A stretch of DNA of 64,000 nt, taken from assembly GCA_963771075.1 (NCBI GenBank), contig CAVYSE010000007.1, positions 1 through 64,000 on the forward strand. Reading direction: 5' to 3'. The position numbers and the translations under genes were made by a program. Positions 9,744 through 20,342 of this stretch are shown here, piece by piece. The notes below the pieces were generated by a model. The model made no database searches. It saw nothing but the letters and a program-made list of their open reading frames with translations, and was not told the DNA's origin. Source of the DNA: a candidate division FCPU426 bacterium. Its GTDB lineage: Bacteria; Oederibacteriota; Muellerivitia; Muellerivitales; Muellerivitaceae. The first letter of the stretch is position 1, and each line of letters starts with the position of its first letter.

Positions 9744-10763
9744 ATGCCAGAAACCAAGAAAAAAACGGTCTTATCAGGCGAGCAAAAAGCGGCTGCCCTT
9801 CTCATTTCATTGGGGCCCGAATTAGCGGCCAAAATTTACCAACATTTAAAAGAAGAGACGGTTGAGCAGGTAACCCTGCAAATCGCCAATCTTCGGAAGA
9901 TCACGCCCGAAGAAAAAGATTCGGTAATGCAGGAGGTTTTGAATATTGCCGCGGCCCAGGAATATATTTCCCAGGGCGGCGTTGAATATGCGCATGAGAT
10001 TCTTGAAAAGGCTTTAGGGGCCAATAAGGCCATGGAAATAATCAATCGGTTGCAGGGCTCCCTGCAAATGACCCCTTTTGATTACATTAAAAGAACCGAC
10101 CCGCAGCAATTGTTGAATTTCATTCAATCGGAACATCCCCAAACTATAGCTCTGATTCTGGCCCACTTAACCCCCGAGCACTCCGCCACGATTTTGGGCG
10201 CTTTGCCGGCGGATGTTCAAGTGGACGTGGCGACGCGTATCGCGGTTTTGGACCGGGCGGCTCCTGATGTTGTGATGGAAATCGAACGCGTTTTGGAACG
10301 CCGAATTTCTTCAATCTTTACCCAAGAATTTACTGCGGCTGGCGGGGTTCGTGCTTTGGCTGAGGTTCTTAACCGAGCCGATCGGTCAACGGAAAAGGCC
10401 ATTATGGAGAAATTGGAGGAATCCAATCCTGAATTGGCTGAAGAAGTTAAACGCCTCATGTTTGTTTTTGATGACCTTATTAATCTGGATAACAGAACCA
10501 TCCAGCAAGTTTTACGTGAGGTGGATGCGAAAGATCTAGCTTTGGCGCTCAAAGGGGCCAAGGAAGAAGTCAAAGAACATCTTCTGAAAAACATGTCGAG
10601 CCGTGCGAAAGCCATGATCCTCGAGGATATGGAGGTCATGGGACCGGTGCGATTGAAACACGCGGAAGAAGCCCAACAGAAAATTGTTAACGTGGTAAGG
10701 CAATTGGAAGAAATGGGCGAAATAGTGGTGGCTCGTGGCGGCGAAGAAGAAGTGATGATTTAA
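9744..10763 (+). CDS. fliG: Flagellar motor switch protein FliG
   Basis: QKAAALLISLG, EHPQTIALIL, MFVFDDL, NMSSRA, GPVRL. Confidence 0.98.
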   Translation: MPETKKKTVLSGEQKAAALLISLGPELAAKIYQHLKEETVEQVTLQIANLRKITPEEKDSVMQEVLNIAAAQEYISQGGVEYAHEILEKALGANKAMEIINRLQGSLQMTPFDYIKRTDPQQLLNFIQSEHPQTIALILAHLTPEHSATILGALPADVQVDVATRIAVLDRAAPDVVMEIERVLERRISSIFTQEFTAAGGVRALAEVLNRADRSTEKAIMEKLEESNPELAEEVKRLMFVFDDLINLDNRTIQQVLREVDAKDLALALKGAKEEVKEHLLKNMSSRAKAMILEDMEVMGPVRLKHAEEAQQKIVNVVRQLEEMGEIVVARGGEEEVMI

Positions 10764-10790
10764 CATTATGGGTAACTCCTGGAGCGTACT

Positions 10791-11723
10791 TTGAGTCGAG
10801 AGGTGTTGGCCCAGCAAGATTACCAACTTTCACCAAGCGGGTTTGTGCTTGATAACACTTCTTGGCAGGAGGAGATTCATCGTCGGTTAGAAGAAGAACG
10901 TAAAAAGAGCCCTGTTCAATCCTGGCAATTGACGGGCGGGACCGTTCAGGTTCAATCGTTTGAACTTGGAAATTTTGAGGAACCTATTTCTTCTTCGCCT
11001 GTTATTGAACCGACCAAGGCGCCCAGCCCTGAGGAAATTAGGGCGGAGTTAATCTCCAGCGCGGAATTGGAAGCCCAAAAAATAAAAGAAGCCGCTAGAA
11101 AATCAGCTCTTGAAATAACCGAGCAGGCTCATTGGGATGTTCAAGAAATACTGAATAAAGCCAAGGAAACCGCTGAAAAAGAATCGATCGTTTATAAAGA
11201 AGAGGCTAAAGTCTCCGCCCGGGTGGAAGGTTTAGCGGAAGGAAAAGAAAAGGGGATTCGCGAAGGGAAAGAGGAGGGGCGAAAGGAATTCGAAGATTCC
11301 ATCAAAAAGTGGGATTTGATGACCCAAAACCTTCAGGCGAATCAAAAAAAAGTTTTATTGGAAATGAAACCCCTATTAGCGCTTCTCTTGGAGGAAGCCT
11401 TAAAACGTTGCCTTGGGAGTGAAGCGAAAAACAACAAGCAAATGGCAATAAATTTTGCCGAAGAAGCGATTAAAAAAGCTCATGATCGGGTGTCACTTAA
11501 ATTACATGTTAACCCGTCCGATCTTGAAGAATTCGAAGCGAATCGGGTAAAGCTTCAGTTAACGGTTGGGTCAGGGCCTTTGGAACTGGTCGCTGACGCA
11601 AGAATTGAGCAGGGAGGGTGCCTTTTAGAGACGGAAGCTGGCTCGATCGACGCTCGGTTGGGTACAATCGCTTCTCAAATAAAAGAGTCCCTTGGCTTGG
11701 GTTTGACGATCCCACAAGTATGA
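10791..11723 (+). CDS. fliH: Flagellar assembly protein FliH
   Basis: GxxEG repeats, LHVNPSD, GGCLLETEAGSIDA; lies between fliG and fliI. Confidence 0.93.
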   Translation: MSREVLAQQDYQLSPSGFVLDNTSWQEEIHRRLEEERKKSPVQSWQLTGGTVQVQSFELGNFEEPISSSPVIEPTKAPSPEEIRAELISSAELEAQKIKEAARKSALEITEQAHWDVQEILNKAKETAEKESIVYKEEAKVSARVEGLAEGKEKGIREGKEEGRKEFEDSIKKWDLMTQNLQANQKKVLLEMKPLLALLLEEALKRCLGSEAKNNKQMAINFAEEAIKKAHDRVSLKLHVNPSDLEEFEANRVKLQLTVGSGPLELVADARIEQGGCLLETEAGSIDARLGTIASQIKESLGLGLTIPQV

Positions 11724-11730
11724 GTAGGAG

Positions 11731-13080
11731 TTGACGTTTTTGAACCCTGTTTTGAATGATTTGTTACCGCCTGTGGACCATTTGGTTAATCAGATACAAA
11801 TGGCGGATATTACTCGTGTAAATGGTCGTGTTGAACAAGTTGTGGGTTTGGTGATTGAATCATCGGGACCGATGGCATCGGTAGGAGAAGCTTGTTGGAT
11901 CACCCCGGTGGACGGGCAAGCTCAGCCGGTATTAGCTGAGGCTGTTGGATTCAGGCAAAATAGGGTTTTGCTGATGCCTTTGGGCGAAATGAGAGGATTG
12001 GGCCCGGGAAGCGAAGTGTTAAGAACGGGAGCGCCATTCAAAATTGCGGTTGGACCAGGATTATTGGGAAGAGTTGTGGACGCGATGGGAGAACCCATTG
12101 ACGGCAAGGGGCCGTTGGAAAGAACGAACGATCGTTACCCTATTCATAGGGAACCTCCTCCGGCATTGGAACGGAGAAGAATTAAATCTCCCGTGGCTAC
12201 CGGGGTGAGGGCGATTGACGCCCTTTTGACTTTAGGAGAGGGACAAAGGCTTGGTGTATTCGCGGGTTCGGGTGTTGGAAAAAGTACTCTCCTTGGAATG
12301 GTTGCGCGGGATACGGGTGCCGACATTAATGTGATCGCTTTGGTAGGTGAAAGAGGCAGGGAAGTAAGAGATTTTCTTGAAAGGGATTTGGGGGATAAGG
12401 GTTTATCCAGAAGTGTGGTCGTGGTTTCCACTTCTGACCAACCATCCTTGTTGAGAATTCAAGCGGCTTTGGTGGCGACTGCGATTGCTGAATATTTTCG
12501 GGATCAAGGGAAAAAGGTCATGCTGATGATGGATTCCGTTACTCGATTCGCAATGGCTCAGCGAGAAGTGGGCCTGGCTATCGGGGAACCCCCGACTACA
12601 AAAGGTTACACGCCCTCTGTTTTTGCGCAATTACCGAAATTACTTGAGCGGGCGGGTACTACGGGTCACCACGGAAGTATAACAGGCTTATATACTATAT
12701 TGGTTGAGGCAGATGATATGAATGAACCTGTTGCGGACTCTTGCCGGGCGATATTAGACGGGCATGTCGTTTTATCCCGTGAGTTGGCTTCACAAAACCA
12801 TTATCCTGCTATTGATGTACTGAATAGCGTTTCGAGAGTCATGAATGATATTGTTTCCCCCTCGCATTTGGAGGGGGCGGGCCGAGTTCGTTCCATCCTT
12901 TCCACCTATAAAAGTGTGGAAGATCTTATTGCGATTGGTGCATACGTAAAGGGAAGCAATCCTAAAGTGGACCATGCGGTGAATCGATTAAGTGCGATAC
13001 AGTCTTTTTTAAAGCAAGGGCGGGATGAGGAAGCTTCTTGGGATAATACGCTCCAGAGTTTAAAAACTTTTTTAAATTAG
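11731..13080 (+). CDS. fliI: Flagellar export ATPase FliI
   Basis: Walker A AGSGVGKST, GERGREV, DSVTRFAMAQRE. Start codon uncertain. Confidence 0.97.
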   Translation: MTFLNPVLNDLLPPVDHLVNQIQMADITRVNGRVEQVVGLVIESSGPMASVGEACWITPVDGQAQPVLAEAVGFRQNRVLLMPLGEMRGLGPGSEVLRTGAPFKIAVGPGLLGRVVDAMGEPIDGKGPLERTNDRYPIHREPPPALERRRIKSPVATGVRAIDALLTLGEGQRLGVFAGSGVGKSTLLGMVARDTGADINVIALVGERGREVRDFLERDLGDKGLSRSVVVVSTSDQPSLLRIQAALVATAIAEYFRDQGKKVMLMMDSVTRFAMAQREVGLAIGEPPTTKGYTPSVFAQLPKLLERAGTTGHHGSITGLYTILVEADDMNEPVADSCRAILDGHVVLSRELASQNHYPAIDVLNSVSRVMNDIVSPSHLEGAGRVRSILSTYKSVEDLIAIGAYVKGSNPKVDHAVNRLSAIQSFLKQGRDEEASWDNTLQSLKTFLN

Positions 13081-13086
13081 GGGATC

Positions 13087-13578
13087 ATGGCCCTTCGATT
13101 TAGATTTAGATTGGAACAAATATTGAGTCTTCGTAAACAAAACGAAGACATGCGCGCTCGGGAGTTGGCTTTGGCTAAAGGTGAATTGATGAAAATCGAG
13201 GAAACGATTCGCGCCCATCAGGGGGAAGAAGCTAATTTTCTTGATGCTTTTAATGATATGGAAAGGTTGGGCTCTTTCGACGTGAATCAGGCGATGGCTT
13301 TTAATGAGTATAAAAATTGGTTGATTCGAGAGGAAATGAAGTTAAAAAAAAGTGAAAGACAATGCCAATTAGAAGTGGATCGCCGAAGGGGTTTGGCGGT
13401 AAAAGCTTCTCGTGAAAGAAAATTACTCGAAAACTACAAGGAAAAACAACAAAAGGCCCATGCGAATTTGATTTCAACGGAGGAGCAAAAGTTCCTCGAT
13501 GAGATTTCTTCAATAGCTTTTATCAGGCGGGAACGTTCGTTGAAGCTTCAAAAGGCAGGAGCTCTTTCATTACGGTAG
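13087..13578 (+). CDS. fliJ: Flagellar export protein FliJ
   Basis: FRFRLEQIL.LR N-terminus, coiled coil, EEQKFLDE. Confidence 0.92.
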   Translation: MALRFRFRLEQILSLRKQNEDMRARELALAKGELMKIEETIRAHQGEEANFLDAFNDMERLGSFDVNQAMAFNEYKNWLIREEMKLKKSERQCQLEVDRRRGLAVKASRERKLLENYKEKQQKAHANLISTEEQKFLDEISSIAFIRRERSLKLQKAGALSLR

Positions 13579-13603
13579 CGTCTTAATTTTGAGGAGGTGA
13601 ATT

Positions 13604-14416
13604 GTGGATCTTGCAACATGGATAGGATTGGGCTTGGGGGTTTTTGGAGTATTGGGGGGTTCTCTTTTGGACGGAACCGCCCTTTCCGCCCTTATACAGG
13701 GACCCGCCTTCGTCATCATTTTTTTTGGAACCGCTGGCGCTACCATGATGAGCTTCCCTTATTCCACGGTAAAGGAAGTCATACCAGTATTGAAAAAAGC
13801 TTTTCAACGGCAAGAATTAGATCCTTCAGCCATTGTTACTCAATTGGTGGGTTTTGCGACCAAGGCTCGTCGGGAAGGTTTATTAGGTTTGGAAGAAGAG
13901 GCCGAAGCTGTTGGCGACCCGTTTTTGAAAAAAGGTCTTCAATTGGTGGTGGATGGTACTGATATTGAAATGATTCGAAACATCATGGAAACGGACATCG
14001 CTTTCTTGGAATCTCGCCATAAAGTGGGGGAAAGCATTTTTGGAACTTTCGGGGGTTTTTCACCGACCCTTGGTATCATTGGAACCGTCGTTGGTCTGGT
14101 CCACGCTTTGTCGGCTTTCGGTTCGGGTGAAGCGGATCCCGTTGCATTGGTGGCGGCTATCGCGACGGCCTTTATTGCAACTTTTTACGGAATCTCCTTT
14201 GCGAATCTTTTTTTCCTCCCAATTTCATTTAAATTGAAACAAAACAGCCAGCAAGAGGTCTTAATGAGAGAGGTCATGCTAGAAGGGATTTTGGCGATTT
14301 CGGCGGGGGACAATCCCCGTATCGTGGAAGAAAAACTAAAAGCGTTCCTTCCTCCAAAATTGAAAGTAAACCTCGAAGTTAAAAAAGCTGAAGCGGATAA
14401 AGACAAAGAAGAGTAG
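13604..14416 (+). CDS. motA: Flagellar stator protein MotA
   Basis: ARREGLLGLE, FLKKGLQLVVDG, PTLGIIGTVVGL, ATFYGI, GDNPR. Confidence 0.96.
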   Translation: MDLATWIGLGLGVFGVLGGSLLDGTALSALIQGPAFVIIFFGTAGATMMSFPYSTVKEVIPVLKKAFQRQELDPSAIVTQLVGFATKARREGLLGLEEEAEAVGDPFLKKGLQLVVDGTDIEMIRNIMETDIAFLESRHKVGESIFGTFGGFSPTLGIIGTVVGLVHALSAFGSGEADPVALVAAIATAFIATFYGISFANLFFLPISFKLKQNSQQEVLMREVMLEGILAISAGDNPRIVEEKLKAFLPPKLKVNLEVKKAEADKDKEE

Positions 14417-14470
14417 TCCGTTTGAAACTTATGCCCCGTTTTGATGCGGGATTTGTAAAGGGAGTTTTCA

Positions 14471-15247
14471 ATGCCTAAACGTCGTAAAGGCGGCCATGAG
14501 GCGGGATTGGAGCTGGAATCCGGCGGAATGATGCGGTGGTTGCTCACCTATGCCGACTTAATTACATTGCTTTTGGCTACCTTTATTATTCTTTTTGCTA
14601 CGGCAACGCAAAGTAAGGCGATTGTCCAGGAAATCAAGGCACAGATTCGAGCCGTATTTGGGCCTATAGTGGGTAATACGGCTGTGCTTCAAAGCTCGGC
14701 CGCCAATGCCGGGGTTCACTATAAAGTGTTGCCGGGTGAACCCGAAGAAGGGGGACCGGGGGGAGTGAAAAAACCTTCACCGGTAACAGGAACCGGGGGA
14801 AACATCGAGGGCGAACTTCGCGGAAAGTTGCAAAAGCAATTGGGGGTAAACCACGTTCAAATTAGAAAGGATGCAAGAGGGCTTGTCGTTAGTTTATTAA
14901 CCGATAAAGTGCTTTTCGACTTGGGAGACATCCACATAAAAAAGGAAATGATCCCGGTGCTAGATTCGATAGGCGATGTTCTTCAACATAGCCCCCAAAA
15001 TAAAATCGCAGTGGAAGGGCATACGGATGATTTGGCAATCCGCACCTCAAAGTACCCGGGAAACTGGGAACTTTCTGCTTTAAGAGCGACTTCGGTAGTA
15101 AAGTTTTTTGTTACGCAACGAGGGCTGGATCCCAGCCGGTTTTCGGCAGCGGGTTATGCTGAATACCAGCCTCTCGTGCCGAACATCTGTGAAGCGAACC
15201 GTCGGTTGAATCGCCGGGTCGACATTGTCATTTTGAAGTTGAATTAA
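14471..15247 (+). CDS. motB: Flagellar stator protein MotB (OmpA-like peptidoglycan-binding domain)
   Basis: WLLTYADLITLL with the conserved Asp, EGHTD, NWELSALRA, NRRVDI. Confidence 0.96.
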   Translation: MPKRRKGGHEAGLELESGGMMRWLLTYADLITLLLATFIILFATATQSKAIVQEIKAQIRAVFGPIVGNTAVLQSSAANAGVHYKVLPGEPEEGGPGGVKKPSPVTGTGGNIEGELRGKLQKQLGVNHVQIRKDARGLVVSLLTDKVLFDLGDIHIKKEMIPVLDSIGDVLQHSPQNKIAVEGHTDDLAIRTSKYPGNWELSALRATSVVKFFVTQRGLDPSRFSAAGYAEYQPLVPNICEANRRLNRRVDIVILKLN

Positions 15248-15263
15248 ACTAGGAGGGTCGAAC

Positions 15264-15737
15264 ATGGCAGATCAAGGAGACAGAGGCTCTCGCGGGTTGT
15301 TGACCATTCTTTTGGCCATCACCGGGGTATCGCTTCTCTTGCTCATTTTAATGGGTTGGGGCACTTTCATGATCTGGTCTTCCAAGACCGAATCGAAAGA
15401 AGCGAAGATTATTGAACAAAAACCCGAACCCGGCAAAATATTCAATTTGGGAAGCTTCATCGTCAATTTGGCGGATGAAGAAGCTTCTCGATATGTGAAT
15501 GCTGAAGTTCAATTGGAATATAGCAAGGTAAATAAAGAATTGGATGTTGAAATTAAAGAGCGCGCGCCTCAATTCCAAGACTTGGTGAATACCTTGTTGA
15601 ATGATCGTAAAGCCGCTGAATTATCAACTGCCGAGGGAAAAGAACGTTTCAGAAGGGATCTTCAACTGAAGATTAACGAAACTTTGAAATTCGGTACTGT
15701 CACCAATGTTTTCCTCACCAAATTCGCCATTCAATAA
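15264..15737 (+). CDS. fliL: Flagellar basal-body-associated protein FliL
   Basis: Single TM, FIVNLAD, GKE.FR..L...IN, V.NVFLTKFAIQ. Confidence 0.93.
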   Translation: MADQGDRGSRGLLTILLAITGVSLLLLILMGWGTFMIWSSKTESKEAKIIEQKPEPGKIFNLGSFIVNLADEEASRYVNAEVQLEYSKVNKELDVEIKERAPQFQDLVNTLLNDRKAAELSTAEGKERFRRDLQLKINETLKFGTVTNVFLTKFAIQ

Positions 15738-15769
15738 ATTAATGGCGTGAGGGAAAGAAGGATTCGAGC

Positions 15770-16810
15770 ATGGATGACCTTTTAAGCGACGGTGAAGTAA
15801 GCGCGCTGCTTTCGGAATTGGATGTGGACATGTCCGGAGGCGGTGGTGGAACTACTGATTCGTCGGAGTCGGCTTCTGTTGTAACGCCCGAAAGCGGTGT
15901 TACTGTAGATGAACAGGGACGCAAAATCAAAACGTATGATTTTAACCGGCCCAACCGATTTTCCAAGGATCATATGCGTACCTTGGAGATGCTTCATGAG
16001 ATATTTTCAAGGGGTTTCACCGCTTCGGTAGCAGCGTATCTGCGGACGGTTGCCGAAATTAAAGTCGTGTCCGTTGTTCAGCTGCCTTTTCGAGAATACA
16101 CGATGTCTCTCCCAAGGCCCGATTGTATTTTTGTCGTAAAAATGGAGCCGCTGGATGGATCGTTTTTGTTGGAAATAAATCCAGAATTAGTTCTGACATT
16201 AATTGATCGTATTCTGGGTGGCCCTGGTAAGGCCCCAACGGCCGCCAGGGAATTGACTCTCATCGAGCAATCCGTCATTGAAAAAATCATAAACCGGGGA
16301 ATGGAAAATCTTCAGGAAGCGTGGCTAAAAGTTGGGCACTTTCAACCTAAATTGAGCGGCTATGAAACAACCGCCCAGTTTGTGCAAATTGTCGCTCCTA
16401 GTGAAATATCCGCAGTCATTGAGTTTGAAGTAAAGGTGAATGAAGTGGCGGGCAAAATGTCGATGTGTATTCCATATGTTGTTCTTGAACCCGTGATTGG
16501 GGATTTGTCCGCTCAGAAATGGTTTACAGTCGGGAAGAAAGAATCCACCTCGGAAACAGTTGAAAGCTTAACAAAGGTGATGAAAGAGACAAGGGTACCG
16601 TTTGTGGTTGAAGTGGGTGCGGCTCAAATAACGGTTCAAGATTTACTGGGATTAAAAGCAGGTGATGTTGTTCGGTTAAATACGAACCCTCATAATGAGA
16701 TTGATGTTCTGATCGAGGGATTAGTTAAACTGAAAGGGCGGCCAGGTATTTCTTCCAAGAAAAAAGCCATTCAAGTGACTCGCATTGTTTCCCAGAATGA
16801 AAAGATTTGA
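15770..16810 (+). CDS. fliM: Flagellar motor switch protein FliM
   Basis: YDFNRPNRFSKDHMRTL, DRILGGPG, RELTLIE, C-terminal SpoA domain. Confidence 0.97.
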   Translation: MDDLLSDGEVSALLSELDVDMSGGGGGTTDSSESASVVTPESGVTVDEQGRKIKTYDFNRPNRFSKDHMRTLEMLHEIFSRGFTASVAAYLRTVAEIKVVSVVQLPFREYTMSLPRPDCIFVVKMEPLDGSFLLEINPELVLTLIDRILGGPGKAPTAARELTLIEQSVIEKIINRGMENLQEAWLKVGHFQPKLSGYETTAQFVQIVAPSEISAVIEFEVKVNEVAGKMSMCIPYVVLEPVIGDLSAQKWFTVGKKESTSETVESLTKVMKETRVPFVVEVGAAQITVQDLLGLKAGDVVRLNTNPHNEIDVLIEGLVKLKGRPGISSKKKAIQVTRIVSQNEKI

Positions 16811-16825
16811 GGCAAGGTAACGATT

Positions 16826-17785
16826 ATGCCAGACATATCGGTTCTTGAAAATCTGGGCAATGCCCTTTCAGGTGATTTTGGCCAAACATTAACGGCTCTT
16901 GTTGGCCGGGAAGTACAAGTTCAATATAAAAGCGTTCAATTGTGTTCCGGAAATGATTTTGTTTCGTCCTTGCAAGGCCCGATGCTTGTTACTACATTGC
17001 AGGGTGTGGGCGGATTTCCTGGTTCGGCCTTGTTATTAACGTCCGAAAAAGATTCCGCAACAATTGCGGATTTGTTGATTGGCCAAGATGGCGCCTCTGC
17101 GCCTAAAAAAATGACAGAGTTGTATTTATCTGCTTTTACCGAAGTTGTTCAGCAATTGACAGATGGATTGAACAAAGGAATACAACCGTTTGTTGGTCCC
17201 AAGGCTGGTTATACGGTTAAATCAACAGAATCAAAAGAAACGAATGGGTTAGAATCCCTGTTAAAATCAATTGGTTCTTCTCTGGCAGTTATTACTTTTG
17301 CCTTAGTTGTTCCTGACCTATTTACTGGTGAAATGTGGATTTGTTTACCCGATTTGGCCGCTACAAAATTGGCCGATCCGGCGGGAAATTCGATGTTGGA
17401 ACAAGAACCAACATTGGCACCCGCTCAAACTAATGGTGTTTCCAAGAACACCCAAATGCATGCAGGAGGAAATTCAATGCAACAATTTGACCAAGAATTT
17501 TCGGGCTCAGCTCGTCCGGCTGGAGGCAACATCGGGTTACTATTAGATGTGCCTTTGAAATTGACTGTTGAGCTTGGAAGAACAACGAAACTGGTAAAAG
17601 AGATTTTGGCGCTTGCGCCTGGTTCCGTTGTCGAATTAGATAAACTTGCTGGAGAAGCGGTTGATATTTTGGTTAACGAAAAACCAATTGCGAAGGGTGA
17701 AGTGGTCGTGATTGACGAGAATTTCGGCGTTCGGATAACGGAAATATTAAATCCCGAGGAACGGCTTACTGCGGTCCAATCCTGA
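16826..17785 (+). CDS. fliY: Flagellar switch protein FliY/FliN (CheC-like domain + FliN domain)
   Basis: C-terminal LLDVPLKLTVELG...GEVVVIDENFGVRI plus an N-terminal CheC-like region (ADLLIG). Confidence 0.88.
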   Translation: MPDISVLENLGNALSGDFGQTLTALVGREVQVQYKSVQLCSGNDFVSSLQGPMLVTTLQGVGGFPGSALLLTSEKDSATIADLLIGQDGASAPKKMTELYLSAFTEVVQQLTDGLNKGIQPFVGPKAGYTVKSTESKETNGLESLLKSIGSSLAVITFALVVPDLFTGEMWICLPDLAATKLADPAGNSMLEQEPTLAPAQTNGVSKNTQMHAGGNSMQQFDQEFSGSARPAGGNIGLLLDVPLKLTVELGRTTKLVKEILALAPGSVVELDKLAGEAVDILVNEKPIAKGEVVVIDENFGVRITEILNPEERLTAVQS

Positions 17786-17808
17786 TCCGATCATAACGAA
17801 GTTTTCTT

Positions 17809-18501
17809 ATGAATCTCCATTGCGTGTCCTTCAATAGGTTGAATTGTTTTTTTTCTATTTTGATCCTTTTTACATGGATCAATGGATTTGTTGTGCCCGC
17901 CAAGTCTTACGGTATTGAATCTAACGCATCCCTTTTTGACACGAACTCTACCTCCTCGACAAATAGTGGTTCAAAAGGAAATCCTTTAGAACTTCCTTCG
18001 GATGCACCTAACGCATCACCGGGAATCCTTGATACTCTTGGGCGAGTGTTAGTGGCTTTATCGCTCGTCGTTGTTTTGATTGTAGTGACGGTTTGGGGAT
18101 TAAAATTAATTTGGGAAAAACGCGGAATAAGTCAACAAACTGATGAGGGAAAAAGCATTAGGGTTTTATCATCGGTATTTCTCGCCCCGAGAAAAGCTGT
18201 TTATTTAGTGGAGGTTGGAAAAAGAATATTGGTCATAGGCGCGGGAAATGAAGAGATGCACGCGCTGGATGTCATAATAGATCCTGTAGAGGTGGATGCC
18301 CTCAAAAAAAGTTCCGTTCAAGGATTCCCAGTTTTATTGGATAAAATTCTTAAACGAGCGGATGCCAAAGAACCTGTCTCGAATACTGCGGAAATATTAT
18401 CTGACAGTAAAAAAACGATTGGTGGATACATAAAACGTTTAAAGGAATCCTCTCCCAAAAATAAAAGAGCAATAGATGAAAGAGATGGAAAGCCGCAATG
18501 A
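17809..18501 (+). CDS. fliO: Flagellar biosynthetic protein FliO
   Basis: TM segment followed by L.PRKAVYLVEVG.RILVIG; directly before fliP. Confidence 0.88.
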   Translation: MNLHCVSFNRLNCFFSILILFTWINGFVVPAKSYGIESNASLFDTNSTSSTNSGSKGNPLELPSDAPNASPGILDTLGRVLVALSLVVVLIVVTVWGLKLIWEKRGISQQTDEGKSIRVLSSVFLAPRKAVYLVEVGKRILVIGAGNEEMHALDVIIDPVEVDALKKSSVQGFPVLLDKILKRADAKEPVSNTAEILSDSKKTIGGYIKRLKESSPKNKRAIDERDGKPQ

Positions 18502-19250
18502 AAAAAATATTGAATAAATTATTTAGCGGGTTATCGATTTGGCTTTTTACTATTCAATTAGTATCCGCCGCAGATTTGCCTTTACCCGCTATAAAGTTTG
18601 GCGTGGAACAAGCAAAAACTCCCCAAGAGGTGGCACTTAGCCTTCAAATTTTATTGGTCCTAACCGTTCTATCGTTGGCGCCTGCGATTTTGATCTTAAT
18701 GACATCGTTTACACGTATCGTGATCGTTTTGGCTTTTCTCCGTCAAGCTTTAGGGACGCAACAAATTCCACCGAATCAAGTCTTAGTTGGATTGGCCTTA
18801 TTTCTTACTTTTTTTACGATGCAACCTACTTTTAATAGAATTGACAAAGAGGCTCTTACCCCATATTTGGCTGGGAAACTTAGCACTTCGGATGCTTTTA
18901 AAAAAGGGGAGGACCCTTTGCGTCAATTCATGTTCAAACAAACCCGTGAGAAGGATTTAGCTCTTTTTGTGGCTCTTTCAAAGTCGAGTCGTCCCAGAAC
19001 AACTGAAGACATTTCGACATGGGTTTTAATACCGGCATTCGTGATAAGCGAGTTGAAAAAAGCCTTTGAAATGGGTTTTATCATATTTATCCCGTTTTTA
19101 GTCATCGATATGGTGGTTTCCTCTGTTTTAATGTCGATGGGTATGCTCATGCTTCCGCCGGTTTTGATCTCACTTCCCTTTAAAATCCTTCTTTTCATAA
19201 TGGTGGATGGTTGGAATCTCATTGTTCGATCAATAGCTCTTAGCTTTTAG
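18498..19250 (+). CDS. fliP: Flagellar export gate protein FliP
   Basis: MTSFTRIVIVL, QQIPPNQVL, PAFVISELK, LPFKILLF. Confidence 0.98.
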   Translation: MKKILNKLFSGLSIWLFTIQLVSAADLPLPAIKFGVEQAKTPQEVALSLQILLVLTVLSLAPAILILMTSFTRIVIVLAFLRQALGTQQIPPNQVLVGLALFLTFFTMQPTFNRIDKEALTPYLAGKLSTSDAFKKGEDPLRQFMFKQTREKDLALFVALSKSSRPRTTEDISTWVLIPAFVISELKKAFEMGFIIFIPFLVIDMVVSSVLMSMGMLMLPPVLISLPFKILLFIMVDGWNLIVRSIALSF

Positions 19251-19264
19251 CGGAGGGGATAAAA

Positions 19265-19534
19265 TTGACTGTTGAATTTATTGCTGATTTGGCGACTCGT
19301 GCTCTATGGGTGACTCTGCTTGTATCCGCGCCCATTTTAGGGCTTGGCTTGGCTGTTGGCGTTGCGGTTTCCATTTTTCAAGCGGTAACACAGATTCAAG
19401 AAATGACACTAACGTTTATTCCAAAAGTGATAGCAATTTTCATGGCAATCCTGATCTTTGGGAAATGGATGATTCTTATTTTAATTAATTTTACCTCGAA
19501 TCTTTGGAGTAATTTACCCAATTACGTCAAGTGA
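19265..19534 (+). CDS. fliQ: Flagellar export gate protein FliQ
   Basis: SIFQAVTQIQEMTLTFIPK. Confidence 0.98.
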   Translation: MTVEFIADLATRALWVTLLVSAPILGLGLAVGVAVSIFQAVTQIQEMTLTFIPKVIAIFMAILIFGKWMILILINFTSNLWSNLPNYVK

Positions 19535-19540
19535 GGGACT

Positions 19541-20326
19541 TTGCCAACTAACCCATTTGATTTTAATCCCAAAGATGTTGTGGCTTTTGTTCTTATTTTG
19601 GTAAGGCTAGCCGGACTTTTTATAACGGCACCTGTTTTTTCTAGCCGGAATATTCCTACTCAACTTAAAGCTGCTTGGGTTTTATTTATGACCTTTCTCG
19701 TTTTTCCGGTAGTCCCTTACCAACCTGCTGCTATTCCGACGCCGGGTTTGGCATTGGGATTAGCGGTAATAAAGGAGGGGGCGATAGGAATGTGTTTAGG
19801 TTTTGGAGCGCTCCTTTTGTTCACGGGAATTCAAATGGCGGGTCAAATCATTGATATTCAAATGGGGTTAGGCATGGTGAACATTATTGATCCTGTAACC
19901 AACGCGCAGATGTCTGTCATGGGACAATTTTATTTTTTAGTCGCCACCTTAGTATTCCTAGCGGTGAATGGTCATCACATGCTTATAAGGGCGGTGGTGG
20001 ACAGTTTTGCAATTTTACCTTTGGGAGAAGCGCATTTCACCACAGCTTTAGGGACTGAGATGATGCATCTTTTTTCCAATGTTTTTTTTATCGCTTTTAG
20101 GGTAGGTGCACCTGTTATCGGGGCTTTGTTTATTACGAATTTAGCCCTGGGAGTGGTGGCGCGTACCGTTCCTCAAATGAATGTTTTTATAGTTGGAATG
20201 CCCCTGAATATGGGTGTGGGCTTATTGATAGTCTCCTTGTCCATGAGTTTTTTTGTTTATACCCTGCAAGACATGTTTCATGGGCTCGGCCGGGATTTGG
20301 CCATTTTGATTCACGCTTTAAGATAG
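19541..20326 (+). CDS. fliR: Flagellar export gate protein FliR
   Basis: AGQIIDIQMGL, NGHHMLI, RTVPQMNVF. Confidence 0.97.
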   Translation: MPTNPFDFNPKDVVAFVLILVRLAGLFITAPVFSSRNIPTQLKAAWVLFMTFLVFPVVPYQPAAIPTPGLALGLAVIKEGAIGMCLGFGALLLFTGIQMAGQIIDIQMGLGMVNIIDPVTNAQMSVMGQFYFLVATLVFLAVNGHHMLIRAVVDSFAILPLGEAHFTTALGTEMMHLFSNVFFIAFRVGAPVIGALFITNLALGVVARTVPQMNVFIVGMPLNMGVGLLIVSLSMSFFVYTLQDMFHGLGRDLAILIHALR

Positions 20327-20342
20327 CGCAAAGGGATATATT

